Of a DNA stretch of 64,000 bases, positions 17,613-27,736 are shown one piece after another. The translations under genes were made by a program, and so were the position numbers. The notes under the pieces were generated by a model. That model saw only the letters and a list, made by a program, of their open reading frames with translations. It did not search any database and was not told the DNA's origin. How positions within the stretch are numbered: position 1 is the first letter of the stretch; each line of letters opens with the position of its first letter. Origin of the DNA: Dehalococcoidia bacterium (GTDB taxonomy: Bacteria > Chloroflexota > Dehalococcoidia > Lucifugimonadales > UBA3495); NCBI GenBank assembly GCA_963664725.1, contig OY761558.1:1498224-1562223 (forward strand), given 5' to 3'.

Positions 17613-18527
17613 TTGCGCATCTGCTCCCTGCTGCCCAGCGCTACCGAGATTGTCTATGCCCTGGGGCTGGGCGACCAGCTAGTTGGGGTTTCGCATACGT
17701 GCGACTATCCCGCCGACGCCCGCACCAAGCCGGTGGTGAGCCGCAGCGTGCGCAGTGTGTCGCACCTGGACAGCCAGGAAATTGACGCCATCATCCGGCA
17801 GGCGCGGGAGAACAACAATCCAGTGCACTGGATTGACGGGGACCTGCTGCGGGAACTCCGACCCGACCTGATCATCACCCAGGAAATCTGCGAGGTGTGC
17901 GCCATTGACCAGAGTTCGGTGTATGCCACCGCCGCCCGCTTCCTGGACTACGAGCCGGAGATTGTCGTTACCCGTCCCGTGGGGCTGGAGGAGATTTATC
18001 GCAATATCCACATCATCGCAGCAGCGGCCGATGTGCCGGAACGGGCGGAGGCACTGGTCTCGCAGCTAAAGGAGCGGGCGCAGCGGGTGATTGACGGCCT
18101 GGGCGAAGTTGCGGAACGGCCCAGGGTTTTCTGCATTGACTGGCTGGAGCCGCTACGCAACACGGGCCAGTGGACGCCGGAGTTGGTGGAACTGGCCGGC
18201 GGAGAAGAGGGTCTGGCGGAGAAGTGGGGCAAGTCCAGGGAAATCGGGTGGGACGAGGTGGCGGCCTACCAGCCCGATTACCTGATGGTGATGCCCTGCG
18301 CTTTCGACATGAGCCGCACGGAGGAGGAGACAAGGCAGACCCTGTATGCTCACCCGATGTGGGAATCGCTGAAGGCGGTGCGGGAGGGCAACGTGTACCT
18401 GTTCGACGGGCTTATTCCCAGCCGTCACGGGCCGAGGGTGATTGATGTGCTGGAAGGACTGGCGGAAGCGATGCACCCGGAGAAGTTCGCGGGTCTGGCG
18501 AGGCCGGGGGTGTTTCGCAAAGGCTGA
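17613..18527 (+). CDS. BtuF-like cobalamin/iron-siderophore substrate-binding protein
   Basis: RICSLLPSATE..GVSHTCDYP..PDLIITQ..CEVCA..SRHGPR; no signal peptide. Confidence 0.88.
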   Translation: MRICSLLPSATEIVYALGLGDQLVGVSHTCDYPADARTKPVVSRSVRSVSHLDSQEIDAIIRQARENNNPVHWIDGDLLRELRPDLIITQEICEVCAIDQSSVYATAARFLDYEPEIVVTRPVGLEEIYRNIHIIAAAADVPERAEALVSQLKERAQRVIDGLGEVAERPRVFCIDWLEPLRNTGQWTPELVELAGGEEGLAEKWGKSREIGWDEVAAYQPDYLMVMPCAFDMSRTEEETRQTLYAHPMWESLKAVREGNVYLFDGLIPSRHGPRVIDVLEGLAEAMHPEKFAGLARPGVFRKG

Positions 18528-18634
18528 GCTGTAGGCATGAGTTGTTTTACTTTTGCGCTGCAATCATGACACGCCATAGTTGAACACATTGCATATATAA
18601 AGTGTCCCATGTACCATGAAGCTACAGACACAGA

Positions 18635-19039
18635 TTGGGAGGAAAGAGAATTCTCGGTTGGCTCACCAATGTCTTTAAGTCAATTGGCGACTCTATCCGT
18701 GAAAATGTCAGTACGATAGGGGGCGCATTCTGCGCTCTATTTGTTTCCTCAATGGTAGTCTGCTTCGCGGTTGCATTCTGGTACGGAGATGACTGGGACT
18801 CGCAGAGGCTGGTGGGGACAGTTGCTGATATTTCAGGGGCATCTTTCGCAATCTCCATCGTTATACTCAGTGTTGGGAGAGTAACTATGGTAATGTCTCG
18901 AATTCTGAGAAGAAAAGAGAAAGAAGAAGGGCGCAAAGAGGCGGAGAGTGAATTTATCGAGGCCGATGCGCAGCGCAAGCCGGGCGAAACGCTGCAACAG
19001 GCGGTTGAGCGACTGAGAAGAGAGAAGGCGGAGAACTGA
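18635..19039 (+). CDS. hypothetical membrane protein, 2 TM plus charged tail
   Basis: AT-richer ORF followed by a terminator. Confidence 0.65.
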   Translation: MGGKRILGWLTNVFKSIGDSIRENVSTIGGAFCALFVSSMVVCFAVAFWYGDDWDSQRLVGTVADISGASFAISIVILSVGRVTMVMSRILRRKEKEEGRKEAESEFIEADAQRKPGETLQQAVERLRREKAEN

Positions 19040-19072
19040 TAGCCTTTCCAAGATGGTTGTTGTTTCCATCGC

Positions 19073-19105
19073 AAACCCCATCTTCAGTAGGATGGGGTTT
19101 TATTT
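19073..19105 (+). terminator. intrinsic terminator
   Basis: aaaccccatc..gatggggtttt hairpin plus T-tract. Confidence 0.75.
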
Positions 19106-19194
19106 GTACACAAGGCTTGAGCCGGCAATTAAGGGGCGGGTCTTATATCTGGAGGGGAAGATTGTATATTCTTCCCAAAGATTAAGGAGAAACT

Positions 19195-19506
19195 ATGCTG
19201 TTTTTTGTTGAGTTGCGGCATGCGCCGGAGCGGTGTCCCGGGGTGGCCACGGATATTCGGGACAGGATGCTGCGCATGGCCCAGACGCGGGAGCAGGTGC
19301 TGGAGTCTCACGGGTGTTCGTGGGTTGGCGGGTGGATAAGTCCTACGCCGCACCTGACCTTCATCACCCTGGACGCGCCGGGGGCGCATGCTGTGGATTC
19401 GGCGATGCGTGACCTGGGACTGGCCACCTGGAATTCCACCACCATACATCCTGTGGTGGACTTTGACGAGGCCATAACTGCCCTGGTCAACCAGCCGCAG
19501 AACTGA
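19195..19506 (+). CDS. small hypothetical protein (DUF3303/GYD-like)
   Basis: AAGGAG RBS; H..E.CP and TTIHPV pattern. Confidence 0.7.
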   Translation: MLFFVELRHAPERCPGVATDIRDRMLRMAQTREQVLESHGCSWVGGWISPTPHLTFITLDAPGAHAVDSAMRDLGLATWNSTTIHPVVDFDEAITALVNQPQN

Positions 19507-19707
19507 AGGGTGTACACGAACAGGCGTGAATGACCACCGTTGGATTAACAGGCGGTGCTCCAGTCCAGGTTGTATTGCCAAGAAAGCATTGCTTGCAGTG
19601 TGGCGAGGGCGGGTTTAAAACCCGCCCCTACGGAGGAACTACCTGAACCGAAATATTTCCTAATGAAATTGAGGGTGACGGTCAGTTCGTGCCGAGTCGT
19701 TAATGGC

Positions 19708-20055
19708 TCAGGTTTGGGCCTGCTTTTTCTTCTCCGGCATGTTGGCGAAGAGGTGGCCGTTGCGGGCGTTTACCTCGAAGGTGAACATCTGGGCGATGGG
19801 CCCGTTGATGCAGTTGCCGGTGAAGAGCTCGAAGCGCCAGCCGTGGGAGGGACACATAAAGCAGGTGTCCTCCAGGTAGACGGTGCCCCAGCTGTGGGGG
19901 CACAGGGAAGAGAGGAGACGCAGCACGCCGTCCTTGCCCTTTGCCAGGTAAAATTCGTAGCCTTCCACCTCAATCTCGGAAGGGAACTTGGTAAAAGAGT
20001 CCTCGGGTCCCAGGTCAACTTCTCTAACGCCGTGGGTAAAGTCCGGGTATACCAT
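19708..20055 (-). CDS. Rieske [2Fe-2S] protein
   Basis: CPH..CPSHGWRF. Confidence 0.9.
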   Translation of the reverse strand: MVYPDFTHGVREVDLGPEDSFTKFPSEIEVEGYEFYLAKGKDGVLRLLSSLCPHSWGTVYLEDTCFMCPSHGWRFELFTGNCINGPIAQMFTFEVNARNGHLFANMPEKKKQAQT

Positions 20056-20286
20056 TGCGGTCCCCTTTATGCGGTTAAGATTGGGGGGAGTATAGCGTTA
20101 AAGGCGGTGGACGGGCAAACGGGGCGGAATTGGCGCCTAAACCTTGACACCCGATGTATATCTATCCCAACATAGTGCCGCGCGCCACAGGAACCCATCC
20201 CCTACGAACCACCGGGTACCCTTGACCGCGTGAAGGTTCCCGTTTTTCCTGTTGTTCTACTTTCAGCCTGAAGAGGCGGTTGGTGC

Positions 20287-21933
20287 ATGGAGATTTTTGA
20301 CGCCCTGTTTGCCATTGGACTGCTGCTGGTTATGGCCAAGCTGCTGGAGGGCCTGTTCAAGCGGTTCGGCATCAGTTCCATATTTGCCTATGCCATCACG
20401 GGGGTAATCCTGGGTCCGGTGACCGGTTTGATCGACCCCGAAAACGATTTCCAGATCCTGCTGAATATAGGCATCTTCATCTTCTTTTTCCTGGTAGGAC
20501 TGGACGAACTGGACATATCGGGATTCCTGCGGGCCATAAGGGGGAAGCTGTTCATCGCGGCGGTGCTGTCCGTGGCTATATCAATGGTGGCATCGCTGGC
20601 GGTTACCACCGACGTTATTTTTGACGTGGGGCTGGGGTTGACCTTCACCGACGCCATGGCAGTGGCAGGGGTGCTGTCCCTGTCCAGTTTGGGCATTGTG
20701 GCCAAGGTGCTGATAGACGAGGACCGGCTGAAGGAACCGGTGGGGATACAGATCTTCACCGCGGTGGTTATAGCCGAGATCCTGGTCCTGTTCATCGTGG
20801 GCTTCGCCATCAGCGAACACCAGGTGCTGCACGGGGATGGCCAGTTCTACGCCATAGCCAACGTGGGAATCCTGCTGGCCCAACTGGCGGGTTTCACCAT
20901 CGTTACCTGGATCGTCTGCAACAAGGTGATTCCGCGGGTGCTGATGCTGTTGCACCGGGTGCTGCAGGTGCCGCAGCTTTCCTACGGGCTGCTGCTGGGC
21001 GGGCTTTTCCTGGTAATTGTGCTGGCGGAAAAGGTGGGACTGCACGGTTCACTGGGGGCGCTGCTGTTCGGGGCGGCCCTGTCGCCGCTGCCTTACCAGC
21101 TACGGCACGATTCGATGCCGGGGATGCGGAGCACGGCGGAGGGGCTGTTCGTGCCCCTGTTCTTCGCGTCGGCAGGACTGAACCTGAACCTGGACTTCAT
21201 AAACCTGCCGCCGGAGACGATTATTGCGCTGATCTTTGTGCCGCTGCTGGGGAAGTTTGCGGGAGCGATCATAAGCGCTTACGTTACGCGGCTGGAGGCG
21301 CCCCTGGCGATAGCTTCGGGGTTGATGGCCAAGGGTGTGGCGGAAATTGCCCTGCTGCTGGTTATGCTGCACGCTAATGTAATTAATGAGGCACTCTTCT
21401 CCCTGCTGGTAGTTATCATGTTCGGGTACATCCTGCTGACGCCCATGGGGATCAGCTTTGCAGTGAGGCGGGCACGCCACCTGGAAGAGGCGAGTGGAGA
21501 AGGCCCACAACTGCATCTGCTGGAACGGTTCGCCCTGGGGGATATCCAGGTAAAGGACGTGCTGGACCAGACCAGGATTTACCCGGAACATACGGTAAGT
21601 GTCAGGAACTTTGTGGACCACTGGACCACGCCGGAACAGCACGATTACGTGGTGGTGGACGAGGGGCACTTTGCCGGGGTAGTGTCGGTTAGCATGCTGC
21701 GCTACCTGCCCCGCGCCCAATGGGGCGAAACCTCGCTGCAGGATGCCCTGCGGCACGGTACGCCGGTGGCGGGGCCCAACGAACTGGTGGAGGACGTGCT
21801 GCAGCTGATGATTGATAACTCGCTGTCGGTGCTGCCGGTAATCAATTCAGACTCCGGGGAGTTCCTGGGATCGATTTCGAGCTACGAAATTTTGGAGATT
21901 GTTCTGCTGAACGCCACCGGCCGGGACATTTAG
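20287..21933 (+). CDS. cation:proton antiporter (CPA2) with C-terminal CBS pair
   Basis: About 12 TM segments, FVPLFFASAG, GKFAG, KGVAEI; C-terminal CBS motifs. Confidence 0.9.
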   Translation: MEIFDALFAIGLLLVMAKLLEGLFKRFGISSIFAYAITGVILGPVTGLIDPENDFQILLNIGIFIFFFLVGLDELDISGFLRAIRGKLFIAAVLSVAISMVASLAVTTDVIFDVGLGLTFTDAMAVAGVLSLSSLGIVAKVLIDEDRLKEPVGIQIFTAVVIAEILVLFIVGFAISEHQVLHGDGQFYAIANVGILLAQLAGFTIVTWIVCNKVIPRVLMLLHRVLQVPQLSYGLLLGGLFLVIVLAEKVGLHGSLGALLFGAALSPLPYQLRHDSMPGMRSTAEGLFVPLFFASAGLNLNLDFINLPPETIIALIFVPLLGKFAGAIISAYVTRLEAPLAIASGLMAKGVAEIALLLVMLHANVINEALFSLLVVIMFGYILLTPMGISFAVRRARHLEEASGEGPQLHLLERFALGDIQVKDVLDQTRIYPEHTVSVRNFVDHWTTPEQHDYVVVDEGHFAGVVSVSMLRYLPRAQWGETSLQDALRHGTPVAGPNELVEDVLQLMIDNSLSVLPVINSDSGEFLGSISSYEILEIVLLNATGRDI

Positions 21934-21989
21934 ACCCGAAAAGCAACAGTCCATTCGACAGTCCATTCGATGGAAAAAGGAGCGCACAG

Positions 21990-22919
21990 ATGCCCATAGA
22001 CCTGAGAGACCTGGTCAAGAACCCGGAAACGACGCCCTTCAGCCGGTTGAAGTACCTGGTGCGGCAATCTGACGAGGACGTTACCAGGTTCATGAACCAG
22101 TTGTTTAACCTGGCGGCCCAGGCCAAGGAGGAGAACGACTGGGGGCCGGTGGAGCAATTTCTGAACCGGTGGGAGGATATTCTTACCGACAGGCTGGACC
22201 TGCCCATTGCCTTTGATTCGGCACCCTGGACGCCCTTCACCAAGTCACTGGCCCAGGCGCGCATAGCCGTTATGACCACGGGCGGGATTCACCTGGCCCA
22301 CCAGGAGGCCTTTGACGTGGACGGCGACCACAGCTACCGGGAGATTCCGCTGGATACGCCCCTGGAAGATTTCCGGGTGGCCCACACCCATTACGACACG
22401 GTGGGCGTGGCCGAGGACGTGGATGCCGTCTTTGCCATCCACCGCCTGCAGGAGCTGGCTGCCGAGGGCATTGTGGGCGAGGCGCAGAGCCCTACCTACA
22501 GCTTTATGGGTTACATCCGCGACGTGGCGGGACTGATGGAAGTCAGCGCGCCGGAGGTGGCCCAGCAGCTAAAGGCCGACGGAGTGGACGGGGTGGTCAT
22601 CGGCACCACTTGACCCCGCTGCCATCAGTCCGGTGGACTGATCGCCCGCGCTATTGAAGCGGCCGGAGTTTCCACGGTGGTGGTGATGGTGGACCGGCAG
22701 AAGGCGGCCACCATGTCGGTGCCCCGAGGCCTGATCCTGCGCTTTCCCTTTGGGCGACCCTTCGGCGCCCCAGGCAGCCCTGAGCAGCAACGGGTGGTGC
22801 TGGAAGACGCCCTGGAAGTGCTGGCCACGGCCACGGAACCGGGGCAGATAGTGGCGTCGCCTTACCGGTGGAGAAGGGAGGATTATGGGGAGATTTTGCG
22901 GGAGAGGCACGGGGAGTGA
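21990..22919 (+). CDS. GrdB/PrdB-family selenoprotein (Sec at TGA 22611-22613)
   Basis: Read-through gives GTT-U-PRCHQSGGLIARAIEAAGVST, in frame with ORF 22677-22919; TTGG, GDHSYREIP, HTHYD, YSFMG motifs; SECIS-like hairpin. Confidence 0.9.
22624..22642 (+). promoter_or_regulatory. SECIS-like hairpin
   Basis: ATCAGTCC-GGT-GGACTGAT, 10 nt after the UGA. Confidence 0.75.
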
Positions 22920-22975
22920 TTTACATGGATGAGCAGGATTTACAGGATTAGTGATTGTTTTAGGGGAGCGTTGGT

Positions 22976-23626
22976 TCAGGATTGATGCTCCCCTTCGGTT
23001 TGAGTTTCCTGGCTTTGGGTTTCCGGAGCGGGCGGCAGCAAGTCTACCACCGCGAAGTCGACGTCGGGGAGGGTTGAGGGGGAGATGCGGTCGCCGCGGT
23101 GGTAGACGGCGTGGTTGGCGTAGCCTTCGGGGCCCGGGCCGGTGAAGGCTTCAATGCAGTCGTCCACCAGGTTCATTATCCAGGTTTCGGGGATGCTGGC
23201 CTGGGCGTAGAGGTAGACTTTGACCTCGCGATCGTAGGCCAGGGTGGAGTCGGAGACTTCGATTACCAAAAGAATGTTCTCGGGGGCAGGCTGATTGGTA
23301 GAGTAGAAGTCCTCCTGGAATCGAAGCAGAGCGACGTCGGGCTCCGGTTCGGAATTGTCGTTCAGCCGAATAGTCCCCTGGGCTCGCACTATGTACCGTC
23401 CGACGTTGCGCTGTCCAAATTGAAAGTTGGATCTATCTACGCCACTGTTATGCAGGGGACCAATAGGAGGCATGGAGACAATGGCTCCTTCTAACAATTC
23501 CACGCGTTCATCCGGGAGTAGAATTCCCACCTCGGCCATACGGTAGTATTCCTCTACCGTGAACTTGCGGGTCTCGCACTCCAGCTTTGGAGCCGGCTGG
23601 GCCGGAGCTTTGGTTGGTGTAGTCAT
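22976..23626 (-). CDS. Uma2 family endonuclease-like protein
   Basis: FTVEEY, RVELLEG, PEPD, LVIEVSDST, YAQASIPETW. Confidence 0.92.
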   Translation of the reverse strand: MTTPTKAPAQPAPKLECETRKFTVEEYYRMAEVGILLPDERVELLEGAIVSMPPIGPLHNSGVDRSNFQFGQRNVGRYIVRAQGTIRLNDNSEPEPDVALLRFQEDFYSTNQPAPENILLVIEVSDSTLAYDREVKVYLYAQASIPETWIMNLVDDCIEAFTGPGPEGYANHAVYHRGDRISPSTLPDVDFAVVDLLPPAPETQSQETQTEGEHQS

Positions 23627-23811
23627 AGCGACACCTTGCCGGGAAAATTAAGACGCCGTAGTAGCAAGAAACGACAATTGGTTTGTGTAATGATAAACTC
23701 TCCCCAGCGCCCATTCAACGGCCGGTTGTCATTCTCCACACCGCCTTCTCCACTTCCACTTTATAATCATTATTAAAATACACCCATTCCCTTTAATTCC
23801 CTGAAAAACTG

Positions 23812-23840
23812 TTGACAGGCACACGGAGTTTGCCTAAAAT
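23812..23840 (+). promoter_or_regulatory. sigma-A type promoter
   Basis: TTGACA-17 nt-TAAAAT preceded by an AT-rich tract. Confidence 0.75.
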
Positions 23841-23910
23841 CCGAGATACTTCATTGGGTAGAAAAGTCACCCGTGAGAAGGGAACAAATATTCTAAGAAG
23901 GAGGCATCGG

Positions 23911-25311
23911 ATGTCAAACAGAGAAGACCTGGCGTTAATGGCTCACCTGATGCGGCGTGCCGGATTCGGCGCCAACCGGGACGAGTTGGAAGCGCTTGTG
24001 GCCAAGGGCTACGACGCGGTTGTGGATGAACTGGTAGATCCCCCCGAAGAGCTCCATGGCGGCAAGGCAGAACTCTTGCTTCGTTATTACCCCGGCTGCC
24101 TGCTTCCCGGCGGCAACCCGGTGATGGGCCAGGCCAACTGGCTCTATAACATGGTCAGCACCGACAAGCCCCTGGAAGAGAAGATGGCCCTTTTCTGGCA
24201 CCATGTGTTCGCCACCGGCAACTCCAAGCTGGATAACTGCGACCAGATGCTGACCCAGATTCAGATGTTCCGCGAGTTGGGTATGGGCAACTACCAGGAA
24301 CTGATCCTTGAGCTGTCGAAGAACCCGGCCATGATTTACTGGCTGGACAACAACGAAAACCACCGCGACGCGGTCAACGAGAACTGGGGCCGTGAGCTGC
24401 TGGAGCTCTTCACCATGGGCGTCAGCAACTACACCGAGGTGGACGTGCGGGAGGCCTCCCGTGCCTTTACCGGCTGGACCATCACCCCCAAGCTGCCCCG
24501 ACAGCCCTATGGCCGCTATCCCTGGCGGTTTGAGTACCGGGAATCGGACCACGACTTTGGCGAGAAGACGTTCCTGGGCCAGACCGGCGACTTCAACGGC
24601 GAAGACATCATCGACATCGTGGTAAAGGAGCCGGCCACCGCCCGCTTCATTTGCCGCCACCTGTACAACTTCTTCGTGGCCGACGAGCCCCAGGTTCCGG
24701 CGTGGACCATTGAGCCGGCCCGGGACGAGGAAGCCCTGGACGCGATGTGCAACGTCTTCGAAGAAAACAACTACGAGATTCGCGAAGTCCTGCGCTTCAT
24801 GCTCAAGTCCGAGTGGTTCAAGGAAGCCCGCTTCCAGAAGATCAAGAGCCCGGCGGAAGTGGTAGCCAGCACCATGAAGATGGTCGGCTCCTACCAGTTC
24901 CCGGATCCCGGCCTTGCCAGGATCTGCCGCGAGCCCGGTTACATGGGTCAGGACATCCTGGATCCCCCCAGCGTGGAAGGCTGGCACACCGGCTCTGAGT
25001 GGATTAACAGCGGCTCCCTGCTGGCCCGCATCAACTTTGTGGCCGACAATGTCAACAAGACCGACCTCCCCGGCATGCAGAGTATCATTGGCCGGATGCA
25101 GGCCGAGAATGTTTCGAGTCCGGATGAACTGCTGGACAGCTGCCTCGAAAGCATGGGCTACCTGGTACTCAGCGAGGAGACCAGGAACGAACTCAGCGCC
25201 CACGCCCAGTCCGGCGGAAACATGGACTGGAGCGACGAGGCCGCGGCCGCCACTCGTATCGCAGAGATGATGGCCCTGATCAGCGCCACCACCGAGTTCC
25301 AATTCGCCTAA
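23911..25311 (+). CDS. DUF1800 family protein
   Basis: AHLMRRAGFG, EKMALFWH, NENWGRELLELFTMG, PPSVEGW. Confidence 0.92.
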   Translation: MSNREDLALMAHLMRRAGFGANRDELEALVAKGYDAVVDELVDPPEELHGGKAELLLRYYPGCLLPGGNPVMGQANWLYNMVSTDKPLEEKMALFWHHVFATGNSKLDNCDQMLTQIQMFRELGMGNYQELILELSKNPAMIYWLDNNENHRDAVNENWGRELLELFTMGVSNYTEVDVREASRAFTGWTITPKLPRQPYGRYPWRFEYRESDHDFGEKTFLGQTGDFNGEDIIDIVVKEPATARFICRHLYNFFVADEPQVPAWTIEPARDEEALDAMCNVFEENNYEIREVLRFMLKSEWFKEARFQKIKSPAEVVASTMKMVGSYQFPDPGLARICREPGYMGQDILDPPSVEGWHTGSEWINSGSLLARINFVADNVNKTDLPGMQSIIGRMQAENVSSPDELLDSCLESMGYLVLSEETRNELSAHAQSGGNMDWSDEAAAATRIAEMMALISATTEFQFA

Positions 25312-25361
25312 TCAGCCCTGAATTCGGTTAATCCGTAAAAGACTGCTATAAGGAGGAAACA

Positions 25362-26492
25362 ATGACCTCAACGAAGAAAGATCCGGTCATCGTCGTATTG
25401 CAGCTCACCGGCGGCAACGACTACATGAACACGGTTATTCCCTACAACGACCCCCTCTATTTTGAGAACCGGCCCAACGTCGGCTACAAGATGGAAGACA
25501 TCATCAAGGTGGACGACAACCTGGGCTTCATGCCGGCCATGGGTCCCATCAAGGAAATGTATGACCAGGGCAAGGTAGCGGTCATCCACGGCATCGGCTA
25601 TCCCGATTCCCCGCGCTCCCACTTCCGCTCCATGGACATCTGGCACACCTGTGAGCCGGACAAGGTCGGGACGGAAGGCTGGGCCGGCCGGGTTGCCCGC
25701 GAGATGGACCCGAACAAGGAAAACGTACTGACCGCCATTAACTTCGGTCACGGCCTGCCCCGGGCCCTGGCAGTACCGGGCGTTCCCGTTGCCGCCATCT
25801 CCGACCTGGGCACCTACGGTCTGCTGACCGGCATCAGCGACCAGGACCAGCGAGCCAAGGCCCTGGACCTGTTCAGCCGGATGTACTCCCCCACCGTGGG
25901 CGGCAGCTTCGTTACCGACTACCTGCGCTCCACCGGCACGGAAGCCATGATCGGCGCCGACATCGTCAAGGTCGCTCCCGAGCGCTACAGTTCCAACGTG
26001 GAGTATCCCAGTTCCGCCATCGCCCAGCACCTGCGCGACATCGCCCAGGTTTACATGGCCGATCTCGGAACCCGGGTGTTCTACACGCAGCACGCCAGCT
26101 TTGACACCCACGCTGGCGAGTACGCCGCTCACCCGGCCCTGTGGAAGGACATCTCCGAGGGCGTGTCCGCTTTCTTCGAGGACCTGAAGGAGCACAACAC
26201 GGGCGAGAACGTCATCATGTACCTGTTCTCCGAGTTCGGTCGCCGCGTCCGTGACAACGGCTCCGGCACCGACCACGGCGCTGCCGGCGTTGCCTTCGCC
26301 ATTGGCGATGGCGTCAAGGGCGGAATGTACGGCGAGTACCCGTCCCGGGAAGCCAAGGACCTGGAGCAGGGCGACCTGGTACCCAACTACGACTTCCGCG
26401 GCGCGTACACCACCATCGTGGAAGACTGGTTCGGCATGGACGCCACGCCCATCGTCAACGGCAACTTCGAGAAGATGGGCTACCTGAAGTAA
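25362..26492 (+). CDS. DUF1501 family protein
   Basis: LTGGND, RSHF, FDTH, SEFGRR, GTDHG, DFR. Confidence 0.92.
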   Translation: MTSTKKDPVIVVLQLTGGNDYMNTVIPYNDPLYFENRPNVGYKMEDIIKVDDNLGFMPAMGPIKEMYDQGKVAVIHGIGYPDSPRSHFRSMDIWHTCEPDKVGTEGWAGRVAREMDPNKENVLTAINFGHGLPRALAVPGVPVAAISDLGTYGLLTGISDQDQRAKALDLFSRMYSPTVGGSFVTDYLRSTGTEAMIGADIVKVAPERYSSNVEYPSSAIAQHLRDIAQVYMADLGTRVFYTQHASFDTHAGEYAAHPALWKDISEGVSAFFEDLKEHNTGENVIMYLFSEFGRRVRDNGSGTDHGAAGVAFAIGDGVKGGMYGEYPSREAKDLEQGDLVPNYDFRGAYTTIVEDWFGMDATPIVNGNFEKMGYLK

Positions 26493-26647
26493 GCGGGCCG
26501 CCTCAACTCGAAACCTGGCGCTCAATCGAGTTGCCCGAACCAAGAGTCGAAGCTAACCGAGATTGAGTTTGGGGCCGGGTGAACTTTCCCAACCGGGGCG
26601 GTTCCCCGGCCCTTTCTGACGAAGACAAAGACTTTAAGGAGGCGAAA

Positions 26648-27679
26648 ATGGCAGAGATTACTGCAGTAGCCGGGCGGGCCTGGGTTTACAGCCACAACAT
26701 AGGCCGCAACGGCGCCGCCGGCATGGGTTTCAGCCAGCCCGTGAGCATCGCCGCCGCCAATGACGGCGTGGTGTATGTGACCAACCGGGCCACCGAGCAG
26801 AATCCGGGCGGCATCCGCGTTACCAAGTTCACCGTTGACCAGGAGTATATCGGCGAGTTCGGTCGCCAGGGCCTGGCTTACGGCGACAACGAACCCAGCA
26901 CTTTCACCTGGATTTCCGGCGTGGCCCTGGACAGCGCCGGCGACGTTTACGTTTCCGACGAGTGGCAGTGCCGCGTGGCCATCTTTGATGCCGACGGCAA
27001 CCCCAAGGGCGGCTTCGGCGTTAAGGGCGAAGGCGAAGGGGAACTGAGCGGTCCCGCCGGCATGGCTTTCGATGCCGACGACAACCTGTGGATCGTCAAC
27101 TCCTTCAACAGCCGCGTACAGAAGTTCAGCAAGGACGGCCAGTACATCAGCGGCTTCGGTTCCAAGGGCAGCGCCGAAGGTCAGTTTGAAATGCCCGACG
27201 GCATCGACATTGACGGCAGCGGCGACCTGTACATAGCGGACTGGGGCAACAACCGGGTGCAGAAGTTCACCCCCGGTGGCACCCACCTGCGCACCTTCTC
27301 CCACCAGGTCAACGGCAAGGACGCCCTGAACCATCCCACCGACGTCTGCGTGGACGGCGACGGCGATGTGTACGTGGCGGACTGGATGAACGACCGCGTG
27401 GTCATCTATGATCCCGAAGGCCTGCCCATCACCTACCTGGAAGGGGATGCGGTGGAAGTTTCCAAGTGGGGCCAGATGGGGCTGGACGCCAACCCGGACA
27501 TGGTAAAGGCCCGCCGCCGGGTTCCCGACATGGTGGAGCAGCAGCGCAAGTTCACCAAGCCCGCCGCGCTCACCTTTGACCGGGAAAACCGTCGTCTGCT
27601 GGTTTGCGACACTGCCCGCAACCGCGTGCAGGTGTACGAGAAGGACGACGATTACATGGACCCGCAGATTAACCTGTAG
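26648..27679 (+). CDS. NHL repeat beta-propeller protein
   Basis: Repeated P.G...D..G..YVAD..N.RVQKF units. Confidence 0.92.
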   Translation: MAEITAVAGRAWVYSHNIGRNGAAGMGFSQPVSIAAANDGVVYVTNRATEQNPGGIRVTKFTVDQEYIGEFGRQGLAYGDNEPSTFTWISGVALDSAGDVYVSDEWQCRVAIFDADGNPKGGFGVKGEGEGELSGPAGMAFDADDNLWIVNSFNSRVQKFSKDGQYISGFGSKGSAEGQFEMPDGIDIDGSGDLYIADWGNNRVQKFTPGGTHLRTFSHQVNGKDALNHPTDVCVDGDGDVYVADWMNDRVVIYDPEGLPITYLEGDAVEVSKWGQMGLDANPDMVKARRRVPDMVEQQRKFTKPAALTFDRENRRLLVCDTARNRVQVYEKDDDYMDPQINL

Positions 27680-27703
27680 GCCCCGTATCGCACCGGCAAG
27701 AGT

Positions 27704-27736
27704 TCAGGGGCGGGAAATATCCCGCCCCTGATTTTA
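27704..27736 (+). terminator. intrinsic terminator
   Basis: tcaggggcggga/tcccgcccctga plus tttt. Confidence 0.8.

Noticed and set aside
21947-21970. 12-bp tandem duplication CAGTCCATTCGA x2 before the selenoprotein
   Set aside because: Single short duplication with no other copies seen; no function can be supported.
22677-22919. Separate 80-aa gene or nonsense pseudogene
   Set aside because: Better explained as the post-Sec part of the 21990-22919 selenoprotein.
23935-26543. Long antisense ORFs (455 and 391 aa; similar ones opposite der, dnaK, moeA and others)
   Set aside because: Shadow frames caused by high GC codon bias opposite well-supported genes.
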